NCBI GenBank assembly: GCA_964405235.1
Contig: CAYONG010000135.1
Location: forward strand, 1,346 to 65,345
Direction: 5' to 3'
DNA: 64,000 bases
Origin: an uncultured bacterium
GTDB taxonomy: Bacteria > Eisenbacteria > RBG-16-71-46
Positions 32,192 to 42,632 of this stretch are shown here, in pieces. The notes beneath the pieces are model-generated. The model was not told the DNA's origin. It ran no database searches and saw only the letters and a list, made by a program, of their open reading frames with translations. How positions within the stretch are numbered: the stretch's first letter is position 1; each line of letters opens with the position of its first letter. The position numbers and the translations under genes are program-made.

Positions 32192-32815
32192 TCAAGCGCG
32201 CGGTGTCCGTCCGAATCCGAACATCTCGAGGAGCGCCGTCCCGAGCCCCGCCCGTCGCCGGACCCCGGGGTCAGGGGCGGGTAGATCCCGAAGGGCAAGC
32301 TCCACGTCGCGCTCGAAGCGCTGGAGGTAGTTACGCACGCCACGCTCGCGCGCCTTGAGCGCGTCGGCTGCCGCGCGATGGAGCAGTGTCGCGTCGCGGG
32401 CCGGGAGTTGACGCTGGTGCCGGAGTCGGTTGGGCACACGCAGGTAGCCGGGTGGCGTGTCCACCAGCAGCGGGGAGCGGGCGAGCGCCCACAGATCGCA
32501 CGCGCGCTCGCCGCGCGGCACCAGGCCGCGCGCCTGGAGCAGGTGGGTGAACTCGTGGGCGATGATAAAGGCGTCCAGCCGCCGCGGCCTCACCCACACA
32601 CCCGGATGATCGGGATGGAGCGACCCCCAGCCGAGCACGCCCGGCTTGCGCACCAGCCCCACGCGCACGGTGATACCGTCCAGCTCGGGGAAGAACCCGC
32701 GCACGAACTCCAGGCGCTCGCGGATGCGCTCGCGGTACGAGGAGCGGAGCGCCAGCCGGGAGAAGCGCCAGCGCGGAGGGCTGGGCCCGAAATCGATTGC
32801 GAGCTGCTCCAACAC
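32192..32815 (-). CDS. Hypothetical protein with an HExxH zinc-metallopeptidase-like motif
   Basis: FIIAHEFTHLLQ. No further family assignment is possible by eye. Confidence 0.55.
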   Translation of the reverse strand: MLEQLAIDFGPSPPRWRFSRLALRSSYRERIRERLEFVRGFFPELDGITVRVGLVRKPGVLGWGSLHPDHPGVWVRPRRLDAFIIAHEFTHLLQARGLVPRGERACDLWALARSPLLVDTPPGYLRVPNRLRHQRQLPARDATLLHRAAADALKARERGVRNYLQRFERDVELALRDLPAPDPGVRRRAGLGTALLEMFGFGRTPRA

Positions 32816-32884
32816 GGGCGCCCGGCGCCGCGGCCGTGCGGAGCGACGGTCCGTGCGTGCCCGTGCGAGCGATCCGCTCAGGCG

Positions 32885-33352
32885 CTAGCCCACCCGGGGC
32901 GCGATCGGACCGTACTCGAGACTTCCGATGGCGGGACCCGCCTCGCGCATCGGCGCCCAGGTCACCAGCGGAAAATCGTTGTGGAAGACAATGGTGCGGG
33001 TTTCGCCCCGATCGAGTTTGATCTGGATGGACGAGGACCGGGAGCTGACGACTTCGTCGATGTTCTTGAACCAGCGGGTGATTGTCACATCGTGGGTGCC
33101 GACGCTCAGGCCTTCGTAGGCATGACGCCGATCCCCACGCCGATCCCTGCGGACGGTCACCTGCGAGCCGCCGTCCAGTGTGACCTGGACAGAGTCGACC
33201 AGCCCGTTCTGCCGCACGAGCACCTCGATGCGCCCGCTGTTGGCGGCGGGGCAGGTCGGGCACTTGCCCACATCCTGGAAGCACGAGACGAGCGCCAGGG
33301 CGACGAGAGCGATGGGGGCGACAAGCAGACGACTCCAGGCGACGCGGGGCAT
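32885..33352 (-). CDS. Small lipoprotein (155 aa), beta-rich
   Basis: Lipobox LALVSC after MPRVAWSRLLVAPIALVA. The long track ORF upstream (to 34255) is antisense to the GT2 gene. Confidence 0.6.
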   Translation of the reverse strand: MPRVAWSRLLVAPIALVALALVSCFQDVGKCPTCPAANSGRIEVLVRQNGLVDSVQVTLDGGSQVTVRRDRRGDRRHAYEGLSVGTHDVTITRWFKNIDEVVSSRSSSIQIKLDRGETRTIVFHNDFPLVTWAPMREAGPAIGSLEYGPIAPRVG

Positions 33353-33436
33353 GGCGATCTCCAGGCGGACTGGTTGAGGCGGGGAGTGGGTCGGTTGGCA
33401 GGAAAGGTACGCAAGGGGACCCGGCTCTGTCCATCT

Positions 33437-33488
33437 GCGGTTCGGGGCAGCGGTTCGGGGCAGCGGTTCGGGGTGGCGGATCGGGCCG
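33437..33488. repeat. 13-bp direct tandem repeat x4 (gcggttcggggca, decaying in copies 3-4) in a divergent intergenic region
   Basis: Read directly: gcggttcggggca gcggttcggggca gcggttcggggtg gcggatcgggccg. Confidence 0.7.
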
Positions 33489-33559
33489 GCGCGGGGACAT
33501 GGCCGGTCCCGGCTGGCGTGGTTGGACAAGCGCGGCGCGGCCCGGCAGACTCCCACCAT

Positions 33560-34369
33560 ATGGACACGCCCCCGACGGCATCGCGCGCGCCCCTCCCGTG
33601 GCCGGCCGCCGCCCGCGCCGGGACCCCGCCCGACGACGCTTCGGCGGCCGAGCGGCTGGCGCCCGAGCTCTCGGTCGTCATTCCCGCCTACAACGAGCGG
33701 GAGAACATTGTTCCGCTCTTCGATGAGCTGCGCGAGGCGCTCGCCCGGGCGGGACGCAGATACGAGATCGTGATGGTGGACGACGGGAGCCGGGACGGCA
33801 CTGCGGAATGGCTGGTGCGCGAAGCGGCGCGCGACCCGCGGGTCGTGCCCGTGCTTCTGGCGGGGAACCACGGCCAGAGCGCCGCAATAGCCGCCGGCCT
33901 TCGCCACGCACGAGGAGCCGTGATCGTGACGCTCGACGCGGACCTCCAGAACGACCCTGCCGACCTGCCCAAACTGCTCGCGGCGCTCGAGTCGGCCGAC
34001 GTGGTCTCGGGAGTGCGCGCGCGGCGCCAGGATGATTGGCTCCGCCAGGTCTCTTCTCGGATCGCGAACGGCGTGCGGCGCAAGGTGCTGGGCGATCCGC
34101 TCACCGATATCGGCTGCTCGTTCAAGGCCTACCGGCGTGAAGCTCTCGATGGGATCCCGATGTTCACGGGCGCCCATCGGTTCCTGCCCGCGCTGTGCAT
34201 GTTCCGCGGCGCGCGCCTGGTCGAGGTGCCCCTCTCGCACCGGCCACGCCGCCACGGCGTCTCCAAGTACGGCGTGGGCAACCGGCTGTGGCGGGGGCTC
34301 TACGATCTGATCGGCGTCCGCTGGCTCAAGTCGCGGATGCTGCGCTATCGGGAGCGCGAGCCTCGGTAG
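33560..34369 (+). CDS. Polyprenol-phosphate glycosyltransferase (GT2; ArnC/GtrB/DPM1-like)
   Basis: LSVVIPAYNERENI, VMVDDGSRDGT, TLDADLQNDPADL, and the C-terminal GVSKYG motif. Confidence 0.85.
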   Translation: MDTPPTASRAPLPWPAAARAGTPPDDASAAERLAPELSVVIPAYNERENIVPLFDELREALARAGRRYEIVMVDDGSRDGTAEWLVREAARDPRVVPVLLAGNHGQSAAIAAGLRHARGAVIVTLDADLQNDPADLPKLLAALESADVVSGVRARRQDDWLRQVSSRIANGVRRKVLGDPLTDIGCSFKAYRREALDGIPMFTGAHRFLPALCMFRGARLVEVPLSHRPRRHGVSKYGVGNRLWRGLYDLIGVRWLKSRMLRYREREPR

Positions 34370-34449
34370 CGGGGTTCGGCACCCCGCGCCACCGCAACGG
34401 GCTGCCAGGCCCGCACGAGATCGGTGGCAAGGGTCGTTCCAGATTGCGT

Positions 34450-34478
34450 TTGGCGCGTCTCTTCCATCGGTCTATAGT
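34450..34478 (+). promoter_or_regulatory. Sigma70-like promoter candidate for the outer membrane protein gene
   Basis: TTGGCG - 17 nt - TATAGT, about 60 nt upstream of ATG 34542. A GAGGAG RBS lies 9 nt before the ATG. Confidence 0.3.
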
Positions 34479-34541
34479 GCGGGTCGCTCCCCGGCGAACC
34501 GGCCGCCTGTGTCAACGGACTGACCAAGAGGAGTGTGCTGT

Positions 34542-35087
34542 ATGCGCTGGCTCACACGGATGTCCCTGGTGGCGCTGTCGAGTGCCGCCATCGCCCCCAC
34601 TGCTTCGGCGATGAAGCTCATCGCGGTCGACGTGATGACCTCGACGGTGAAGCAGGAGGGGCAGAGCTCGTTCTCGGGTGTCGCCCTGCGCGCGCGGATG
34701 ACGTCGCCCATCTTCATCCAGGGCATCGAGTTTATGCCGACGGTCGAATACTGGCGCAACGCCAGCAGCCTCGAGCCGTTCGGCATCCGCACCGCGCGCA
34801 AGGACGCCACCATCGCGGTGGATGTCCGATACGCGCTAAAATCGACCGGGACCAAACCCTACGTGGGCGCGGGCTACGCGATTCATTTTCTCTCGAGCTC
34901 GGTGGACGCCCCTACACTGGGGCTCAACGACGAGACCCACGCGCTGGTCAAGGGCGGGTTCGGGTTCCTGGGCGGGCTGGCGTTCCCGCTCACCCAGAAG
35001 ATCGAGAACTTCCTCGAGCTCAAGTACCACCACGTCCCCAGCTACCGGCAGTTTAAGTTCAGCTGGGGGCTGGCGATCAACCTGTAG
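34542..35087 (+). CDS. Outer-membrane beta-barrel protein (OmpW/OmpA-barrel-like small porin family)
   Basis: Signal peptide MRWLTRMSLVALSSAAIAPTASA, alternating beta-strand pattern, and a C-terminal aromatic end (WGLAINL). Confidence 0.6.
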   Translation: MRWLTRMSLVALSSAAIAPTASAMKLIAVDVMTSTVKQEGQSSFSGVALRARMTSPIFIQGIEFMPTVEYWRNASSLEPFGIRTARKDATIAVDVRYALKSTGTKPYVGAGYAIHFLSSSVDAPTLGLNDETHALVKGGFGFLGGLAFPLTQKIENFLELKYHHVPSYRQFKFSWGLAINL

Positions 35088-35160
35088 AGCGCGCAGGGTC
35101 GCGGGCAGTGGAGACGAGGGACGGGTCCCCGATGGGCTCGTCGCTCGAGACCGGCCGGCT

Positions 35161-35526
35161 TCAGTACGAGTACCCGAGCAGGCCCGGGTCCGGCATCAGG
35201 TCGGGGCTCCAGGCGTCGGGCATGAGCTCGACCTCGCACTCCTGCGGCACCACGCTCGTCACCGCCTGCTTCACGTCCGCGATCATCTGCGGGGCGTAGG
35301 GGCAGAATGGGGTGGTCAGCATCATGCGGATGAGCGTCTTCGGGGGCTCGAGGAATATCACCTCCCGGATCAGCCCCAGGTCGATGACCGACAGGTTGAT
35401 CTCGGGGTCCATCACGGTCTCGAGCGCCGAACGGACCGCCATCTCCTGCTGGGACGGGGCGCTGGTGCTGGCGGGTTCCCCGGCGGCGGGCGGGGCCACG
35501 GGCGCGTCCTTCGTCTCGTCGCTCAT
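35161..35526 (-). CDS. sufT: SUF system Fe-S assembly protein SufT (DUF59/MIP18 family)
   Basis: VRSALETVMDPEINLSVIDLGLI...LTTPFCPYAPQM. Confidence 0.8.
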   Translation of the reverse strand: MSDETKDAPVAPPAAGEPASTSAPSQQEMAVRSALETVMDPEINLSVIDLGLIREVIFLEPPKTLIRMMLTTPFCPYAPQMIADVKQAVTSVVPQECEVELMPDAWSPDLMPDPGLLGYSY

Positions 35527-35852
35527 CACAGGGCCACCTGGATCTCGTCGCCCTGGACACGGACGGAGTAGGTCGTGACCGGGGTGGTCGCGGGCATCCC
35601 AAGCACCACACCGGTGCGGATGTCGAACTTCGCGCCGTGCCGCGGGCACTCGATGACGTGATCCTCGATCAGCCCCTCGGCCAGCGGTCCGCCATCGTGC
35701 GTGCAGACGTCGTCCATCGCGTGGTAGGCGCCGGCGACGTTGAATACCGCGATCTCCTGATCGCCGATGCGCATCACCTTGACGCCGCCGGGCGCGATCT
35801 CGCCCACCTTCGCCACGGTCGTGTACGCGCCGGCCTTCGTTCCGCTCATCAA
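35526..35852 (-). CDS. Rieske [2Fe-2S] ferredoxin-like protein
   Basis: CTHDGGPL ... CPRHGAKF (CxH...CxxH). Confidence 0.85.
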   Translation of the reverse strand: MMSGTKAGAYTTVAKVGEIAPGGVKVMRIGDQEIAVFNVAGAYHAMDDVCTHDGGPLAEGLIEDHVIECPRHGAKFDIRTGVVLGMPATTPVTTYSVRVQGDEIQVAL

Positions 35853-35862
35853 GCCCCTCCCC

Positions 35863-36261
35863 TCAATCGTCTTCGCCGGGCCACTGGTGGAGGCCGTAGA
35901 CGCCCGACTTCAGCGTCTTCAGCGCCAGCATCCCGCACTTGAGCCGCACCGGACCCAGATCGATACCGAGCATCTCGAGCATGTCGTCGCGTGAGAGCTT
36001 GCGCACCTCGTCGAGCGTTCTGCCCTCCACCGCCTCGCACAACATCGAGGCCGCGGCCAGGCTGATCGAGCAGCCGACGCCCGAGAACCGCACCTGCTCG
36101 ATGCGATCGTCCTTGACCATCACGTCCATGCGGAGACGATCGCCGCACAGGGGATTGGCGTCCTCGAAGGTGATGTCGGGATGCTCGAGTGTGCCGCGGT
36201 TGCGCGGATGCTTGTAGTGGTCGAGGATGTTCTCCCTGAACAGGTCGTCCATCCCGCTCAT
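35863..36261 (-). CDS. sufU: SufU/NifU-like sulfur-transfer scaffold protein
   Basis: ILDHYKHPRNRG, NPLCGD, GVGCSIS, and VRLKCGMLA. Confidence 0.9.
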   Translation of the reverse strand: MSGMDDLFRENILDHYKHPRNRGTLEHPDITFEDANPLCGDRLRMDVMVKDDRIEQVRFSGVGCSISLAAASMLCEAVEGRTLDEVRKLSRDDMLEMLGIDLGPVRLKCGMLALKTLKSGVYGLHQWPGEDD

Positions 36262-37631
36262 GTCGCGAACACCTTGCGTGCGCGATGAAGCCCGCGCACC
36301 AGCGCGTCGATCTCCTCGGGCACGGTGTAGCAATGGAACGAGGCGCGGACGCTCGCCGGCACGCCCAGCTTCTCGTGCAGCGGCATCGCGCAGTGGTGTC
36401 CGGCGCGCACCGCCACCCCCTCGTCGTCGAGCACGGTCGCCACGTCGTGCGGGTGGAGGCCGTCGAGCGTGAAGGCAATGACGCCGCCGCGCCGCTCGGC
36501 ACCGGGCCCAAGGATGGTGAGGTCGGGGACCTCGCGCAGGCATTCCATCGTCGTCGCAGCCAGCTCACGATCGTGGGCAAACACCCGGTCCATGCCGAGC
36601 GCTTCGAGGTACTGCACCGCAGCGCCGAAACCCACCGCCTCTGCGATCGCCATCGTGCCGGCCTCGAACTTCCACGGCAGCTCGTTCCACAGCGACTCGC
36701 GCAGCTTGACCTCGCGGATCATCTCCCCGCCGCCGAGGAAGGGCGGCATCGCCTCGAGCAGCGCGCGCCGCGCCCACAGAGCGCCGATGCCGGTCGGGCC
36801 CAGCATCTTGTGGCTCGTGAACGCCATGAAGTCGCAGCCGAGCGCCTGCACGTCCACCGGGCAGTGCGGCACGCTCTGCGAGGAGTCCGCCAGCATCAGT
36901 GCGCCGGCGGCATGGGCCTCCCGGGCGATCTCGGCGATCGGGTTGACGGTGCCGAGCACGTTCGAGATGTGGACGGCCGCGACCAGCTTCACCCGGCCGT
37001 CGGCGAGCAGCCCGGGCAGGGCGCCAAGGTCCAACTCGCCCGAGCCGGTGACCGGGATGAAGCGCAACTCGATCCCGCGCTCAGCGGCGAGGATCTGCCA
37101 CGGCACCAGGTTCGAGTGGTGCTCCATCTCGGTCAGCACGATGGCGTCACCGGCCTTCAACTGCGAGCGGCCCCACGAGTAGGCGACGAGATTGATCGCC
37201 TCGGTGCTGTTGCGGGTGAAGATCAGCTCGCGCGGCGAGCGGGCGCCGACGAAGGACGCCACCCGCCGGCGGGCGTCCTCGTAGGCCGCCGTGGCCTCCT
37301 CGGCGATGCGGTAGATGCCGCGATGGATATTTGAGTTGCACGTGGAGTAGTAGTGGTCCATCGCCGCCAGCACGCTGTCGGGCTTCTGGCTGGTCGCGGC
37401 GCTGTCCAGGTAGCAGAGCGGCTTCGCGCGCGCGGTGCGAAAGATCGGAAACTGCGCGCGGATGGCGTGCGCGTCGAACGGACGGGGCGCCGGGTGCTCG
37501 TTCACGGTCCGGGGGACGCCCTCTCCTCGCTCGGGCCGCTCGATCGCACCCACGCGGGCACCACGCGAAGCGAGGTCCGCGGCCTGTCGCGATGAGAGGG
37601 CGTCCCCCGGACCTTCCGCTGGAGCGTTCAT
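36258..37631 (-). CDS. sufS: Cysteine desulfurase SufS (class II aminotransferase V)
   Basis: YLDSAATSQKP, NIHRG, the PLP-Lys motif FTSHKMLGPTG, and active-site RAGHHCAMP. The N-terminal about 42 aa are Ala/Arg-rich, so an alternative GTG start at 37505 is possible. Confidence 0.9.
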   Translation of the reverse strand: MNAPAEGPGDALSSRQAADLASRGARVGAIERPERGEGVPRTVNEHPAPRPFDAHAIRAQFPIFRTARAKPLCYLDSAATSQKPDSVLAAMDHYYSTCNSNIHRGIYRIAEEATAAYEDARRRVASFVGARSPRELIFTRNSTEAINLVAYSWGRSQLKAGDAIVLTEMEHHSNLVPWQILAAERGIELRFIPVTGSGELDLGALPGLLADGRVKLVAAVHISNVLGTVNPIAEIAREAHAAGALMLADSSQSVPHCPVDVQALGCDFMAFTSHKMLGPTGIGALWARRALLEAMPPFLGGGEMIREVKLRESLWNELPWKFEAGTMAIAEAVGFGAAVQYLEALGMDRVFAHDRELAATTMECLREVPDLTILGPGAERRGGVIAFTLDGLHPHDVATVLDDEGVAVRAGHHCAMPLHEKLGVPASVRASFHCYTVPEEIDALVRGLHRARKVFAT

Positions 37632-37636
37632 GGGCG

Positions 37637-38971
37637 CTATCCGATCTTTCGCTGGATCACCTGCCGCAGATGTTCGCGGATCTCCTCCAGCGGGATGCGA
37701 TCGATCACCGGCGCAAAGAATCCCTCGACGATCAGGCGCTGTGCGTCGTTGCGCGGCAGCCCGCGCGCCATGAGGTAGTACATTTGCTCCGCGTCCACGT
37801 TGCCGATCGTCGCCCCGTGGGTGCAGCGCACGTCGTTGGCGAGGATCTCGAGGCCCGGGATGCTGTCGGCGCGCGCGGTGTCGGAGAGCACCAGGTTCCG
37901 GTTCGCCTGGTAGGCGTCGGTGCGCTGCGCGCCCTCGGCGACCTGGATCAGGCCCTGGTAGACGCTGCGCGCGCGGTCCTTGAGGCAGCCCTTGATGAGC
38001 AGGTCGCTGGTGCAGTGGTCGGACAGGTGCCGCTGCAGCGTGTGGAGATGGAACTGCTGCCGGCCGTCGCCGAACATGAAACCGTGAACGAACGCCTGCC
38101 CGCCGGGGCCGACGAGATCGAAGTAGGAGTTGGTCTTCACCATCCGGCCGCCGAGGATGGTCTGGATCCACTGCAGCTCGGCCCCGCGTCCGATCTGCGC
38201 CCTCTGGTTCGAATAGTGGTAGACATGCCCGCCCCACTCTTGAAGGGTGCCATACACCAGCTTCGCGTCGTCACCCAGGAACACCTCGGTGCCGCCCAGA
38301 TGGAACGCGATCCCCTCACCCGCGCCCGACAGCTCCTCCTCGACAATGGTGGCGCGCGCGTTCTTACCCATCACGATGACGCTGCGCGGCGCCACGATCT
38401 GGCCGGTGCCGTCGAGCCAGTGGAAGAGGCGGATCGGCACCGCCGCCTCGACACCGTCCGGGACGTAGACGAAAGCGCCGCCCGAGCGTAGCGCCGCCCC
38501 CAGCGCCGCGTATCCGTCGTAGTCGGGTTCGATCAACGCCCCCAGCCGGTCACCTAGCTTGTCCGCGTGCTGGACCAACGCGCGCTCTAGCGAGCAGACG
38601 ATGACGCCCTGGCGCGCCAGCTCGGGCGCGGTCTGCTCGATGACCACGGCGGTATTGCGCTGCACGACGAGCCCGATGCGGCCCGCCTCGCTCCCGAGGC
38701 GCTCGAGCAGTACCGGTGGCAGATCGTCCAGATTGCGGGTGGCGGGGCTCGCGCGCAGCGGATCGAGTGATGGAAACGCCTGCTCGAGCGTGCGGAAGTC
38801 GATCCGGCGCCACAGCTCCTGCTCGCGGCCCGGGAACCCGAGCGTGCGCGCGTTGCCGGCGGCCGCGCGGCGCTGGGCAATCGCCCAAACCGGCTCGTCC
38901 TTTCGGACCGCGCGCTCCAATGCGGCAGTCGTCCAGGTGTCGACGTCGAAGGCCATCGTCGCGGGCGTCAT
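37637..38971 (-). CDS. sufD: Fe-S cluster assembly protein SufD
   Basis: Beta-helix core and C-terminal VRCTHGATIGNVDAEQMYYLMARGL...A..L...GF, typical of SufD. Confidence 0.85.
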   Translation of the reverse strand: MTPATMAFDVDTWTTAALERAVRKDEPVWAIAQRRAAAGNARTLGFPGREQELWRRIDFRTLEQAFPSLDPLRASPATRNLDDLPPVLLERLGSEAGRIGLVVQRNTAVVIEQTAPELARQGVIVCSLERALVQHADKLGDRLGALIEPDYDGYAALGAALRSGGAFVYVPDGVEAAVPIRLFHWLDGTGQIVAPRSVIVMGKNARATIVEEELSGAGEGIAFHLGGTEVFLGDDAKLVYGTLQEWGGHVYHYSNQRAQIGRGAELQWIQTILGGRMVKTNSYFDLVGPGGQAFVHGFMFGDGRQQFHLHTLQRHLSDHCTSDLLIKGCLKDRARSVYQGLIQVAEGAQRTDAYQANRNLVLSDTARADSIPGLEILANDVRCTHGATIGNVDAEQMYYLMARGLPRNDAQRLIVEGFFAPVIDRIPLEEIREHLRQVIQRKIG

Positions 38972-41390
38972 CCGACCGAGCCTTCCATCTGCAGCTGGAT
39001 CAGCCGGTTCATCTCGACCGCATACTCCATCGGCAGCTCCTTCACGATCGGCTCGATGAACCCCGAGACGATCATGGCCGCCGCCTCTTCCTTGCCGATC
39101 CCGCGACTCTGCAGGTAGAAGATCTGCTCGTCGCCGATCTTGGACACCGTCGCCTCGTGGCCGATCGTGACGCGATCCTCCTCGATTTCCATGTAGGGAT
39201 AGGTGTCCGATCGCGACTTCTCGTCCAGGATCAGGGCATCGCAGTTGACGGTGCTGCGCGAATCCACCGCACCCTTCTGCACTTTGACCAGCCCGCGATA
39301 ACCCGCGCGCCCGCCGTCCTTGCTGATGGACTTGGAGATGATCTTGCTCGACGTATTCGGCGCGCAGTGGATGACCTTACCACCCGCGTCCTGGTGCTGG
39401 CCCTTGCCGGCGAAGGCGATCGAGAGGATCTCGCCATGAGCTCCCGGCTCCATCATGTAGACGCTCGGGTACTTCTGGGTGATCTTGCTGTTGTGCACGA
39501 CGAAGCCATTCGCAACGAAGTTGTGCGTGCCATCAACCTCGATATCCCACGTATCCTCGACCCCAAGCGGCTCGATCTCCATCAGGCGTGTGAAGTACAC
39601 CGGCTTGTCGTAGCGGCCCTCGCCGAAGTAGAGGAGATAGCACGTGTACTCCTTGACCTCTTTGCCCAACTTCAGTTTTTCGCGACGCGTCCAGGTGCTG
39701 ATCTTGCGAGGATCGAGGCCACAGGAGATCGCCAGGGTCTTCACGTCCTCCAGCAGTGCCCGATGAACGCTCGCAAGCGAGATGTTCTTGTGGTTCGCGC
39801 GAATGTGCCCGTCTGCAGCCAGATAGCCCTCGATGAATGCCTCCCGCTGCGATCGCGGCAGCTGGAAGACCCACTCGGGAACTCGCTTCGTGTGCGCGTT
39901 TCCGCTGAGCCCGGCAGCAACTATCCAGTCTCGCATCCACCCCGAATTGATCCGCACCGCATTGCCATGAACCTGACAATCCGTCCCGAACAAATCAGCC
40001 AGCAGCCTCACCATCCGCACATGCGCTTTGTCGCCTGGCGGCACAGCGAAGTTCACCCGATTTGGCTCGAGATAGCCATCACCGACATACAGGCCGAGGA
40101 GCCACATCAGATCGTCGGAGCTCTCGCTTGGGAGCCTCAAGGCCTTGCTGCCTCGACGGGCCGGGATGTCGAAGGCCTTCGCCTTGCCGTGGTCGGGCAG
40201 CACACCAGAAATCGCCAGCAGGTCGCCGGTCTTGAGCTCATCGAGACGCTTCCACGATAGCGACACATGACGGCCGGTCTTGCTCAGGGAAAGGAACGGA
40301 TGATTGGCGGTTGCCCGAATCTGACGATGGTTTTCCGTTCTGAGGCGATAGACCACCTGCTTGCCACTATATCGCTTGGCGAGCACCTTGCGCCGTTCCC
40401 ACTCCATCCCCGCGTTGAGTGTGTAGGCCATCGCACCGGGCTCGAGGTTGCTGATCGGCACGACATCATTGTTCACAAAGACGAGCGAGTCCCCCGTCAG
40501 GCATCCGAGATTCCCGTCCACCCACTCCATCGTGGCGTTCCGATACGCCACCGCGCGCTTGGTGACGAGGTTGTATACATTGTTAGACCAATTCTGAATA
40601 GTGGTATATCGACAGCGCGCGCCGGGCTTGACGATGATCTCAACCACTGCTGAATGGAGTGAATCACTACTATAGGTAGGGGCCGTGCACCCCTCGACGT
40701 AATGCACGAACGCGCCCTCATCGACGATGATGAGCGTGCGCTCGAACTGGCCCATGTCCTTGGTGTTGATCCGGAAGTAGGCCTGGAGCGGCACGTCCAC
40801 GTGCACGCCCTTCGGTATGTAGATGAACGATCCACCCGACCACACCGCCGAGTTGAGGGCGGCGAACTTGTTGTCGCTGGACGGGATGATGGTGCCGAAA
40901 TATTGCTTGAACAGCGCCTCGTGCTCCTTGAGGCCATGGTCGCAGGAAAGGAACAGCACACCCTGCTTCTCGAGCTTCTCCTGGATCTTGTGGTAGACGA
41001 CCTCGGAGTCGTACTGGGCGCCCACACCCGCCAGGAACTTCTGCTCGGCCTCGGGGATGCCCAGCTTGTCGAACGTGCGCTTCATGTCGGCGGGCACGTC
41101 CTCCCAGGACTTGGCCTCCTCCGACGTGGGCTTCACGTAGTAGTAGATGTTCTGGAAGTCGATGGTCGAGAGGTCGGGGCCCCAGGTCGGCATCGGTTTC
41201 TTCTCGAAGATCTCGAGCGCCTTGAGGCGGTAGTCCCGCATCCAGGCGGGCTCCTGCTTCATGTCCGAGATCTGGGCGACGATCTCGCGGTCGAGACCTC
41301 GGCGGCTCTTGAACACGGACTGCTCCGCGTCGTGGAAACCGTACTTCTCGGTGTAGCTGTCGCGCAGGTCGAGTTTGGGCGTCTCGGTGC

Positions 41391-41394
<4 letters not shown>
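38968..41394 (-). CDS. sufB: Fe-S cluster assembly protein SufB interrupted by an in-frame intein (808-aa precursor; 470-aa mature SufB)
   Basis: N-extein to ...[12 protein letters not shown]-extein from [12 protein letters not shown].... The conserved SufB tail is [20 protein letters not shown]...A..MIV.GF. Confidence 0.9.
39490..40503 (-). mobile_element. SufB intein (338 aa) with a LAGLIDADG homing-endonuclease domain
   Basis: Starts with Cys (TGC at 40503-40501; CLTGDSLV is block A). TANHPF is block B (TxxH). Two LAGLIDADG motifs are present: [10 protein letters not shown] and [11 protein letters not shown]. It ends ...[11 protein letters not shown], followed by the +1 Ser. My hand counts of two 100-nt samples inside gave 57-58% GC, versus 67% for one extein sample. 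Confidence 0.85.
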
Positions 41395-42194
<800 letters not shown>

Positions 42195-42235
42195 GTCGTC
42201 GCGGTCCTCTGTTGGAAGTCGTCGGTTCCGGTCGG

Positions 42236-42559
42236 TCAGACCGAGAAGCTCTCACCGCACGCGCAGCCGTGCCGCACGTTTGGGTTGGTGAATTTGAATC
42301 CGGTGCCCATCAGGCCCTCGACGTAGTCCACCTCGGTCCCGCCGAGCAGTGTCGCGCTGCGCGCATCCACCACCAGGCGCACGCCTTGCGACTCGATGAT
42401 CTGGTCCTCGGGCGCTTCGGCGTCGCAGAACTCCATGAAGTACGAGTTGCCCGAACAGCCGCCGCCGCGCACGCCGACACGCAGCCCGGCCTGCGGGTTG
42501 CCGCGGCCGGCGAGCAGGCCCTTGACCCGCTCGGCCGCCACCGGGGTGAGGGTGATCAT
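42236..42559 (-). CDS. sufA: A-type Fe-S carrier (SufA/IscA/ErpA, HesB family)
   Basis: GGGCSG ... C-terminal GCACGESF. The start at MITLTP (42559) has AGGAG 11 nt upstream. A longer start at MNDGETK (42595) is possible. Confidence 0.85.
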   Translation of the reverse strand: MITLTPVAAERVKGLLAGRGNPQAGLRVGVRGGGCSGNSYFMEFCDAEAPEDQIIESQGVRLVVDARSATLLGGTEVDYVEGLMGTGFKFTNPNVRHGCACGESFSV

Positions 42560-42632
42560 CGTGAGGCTGTCTCCTTTCGTCTCACCATCGTTCATGGTCG
42601 CGCCCTCTCTTGCACTCGGGGCAATTCTGAGG

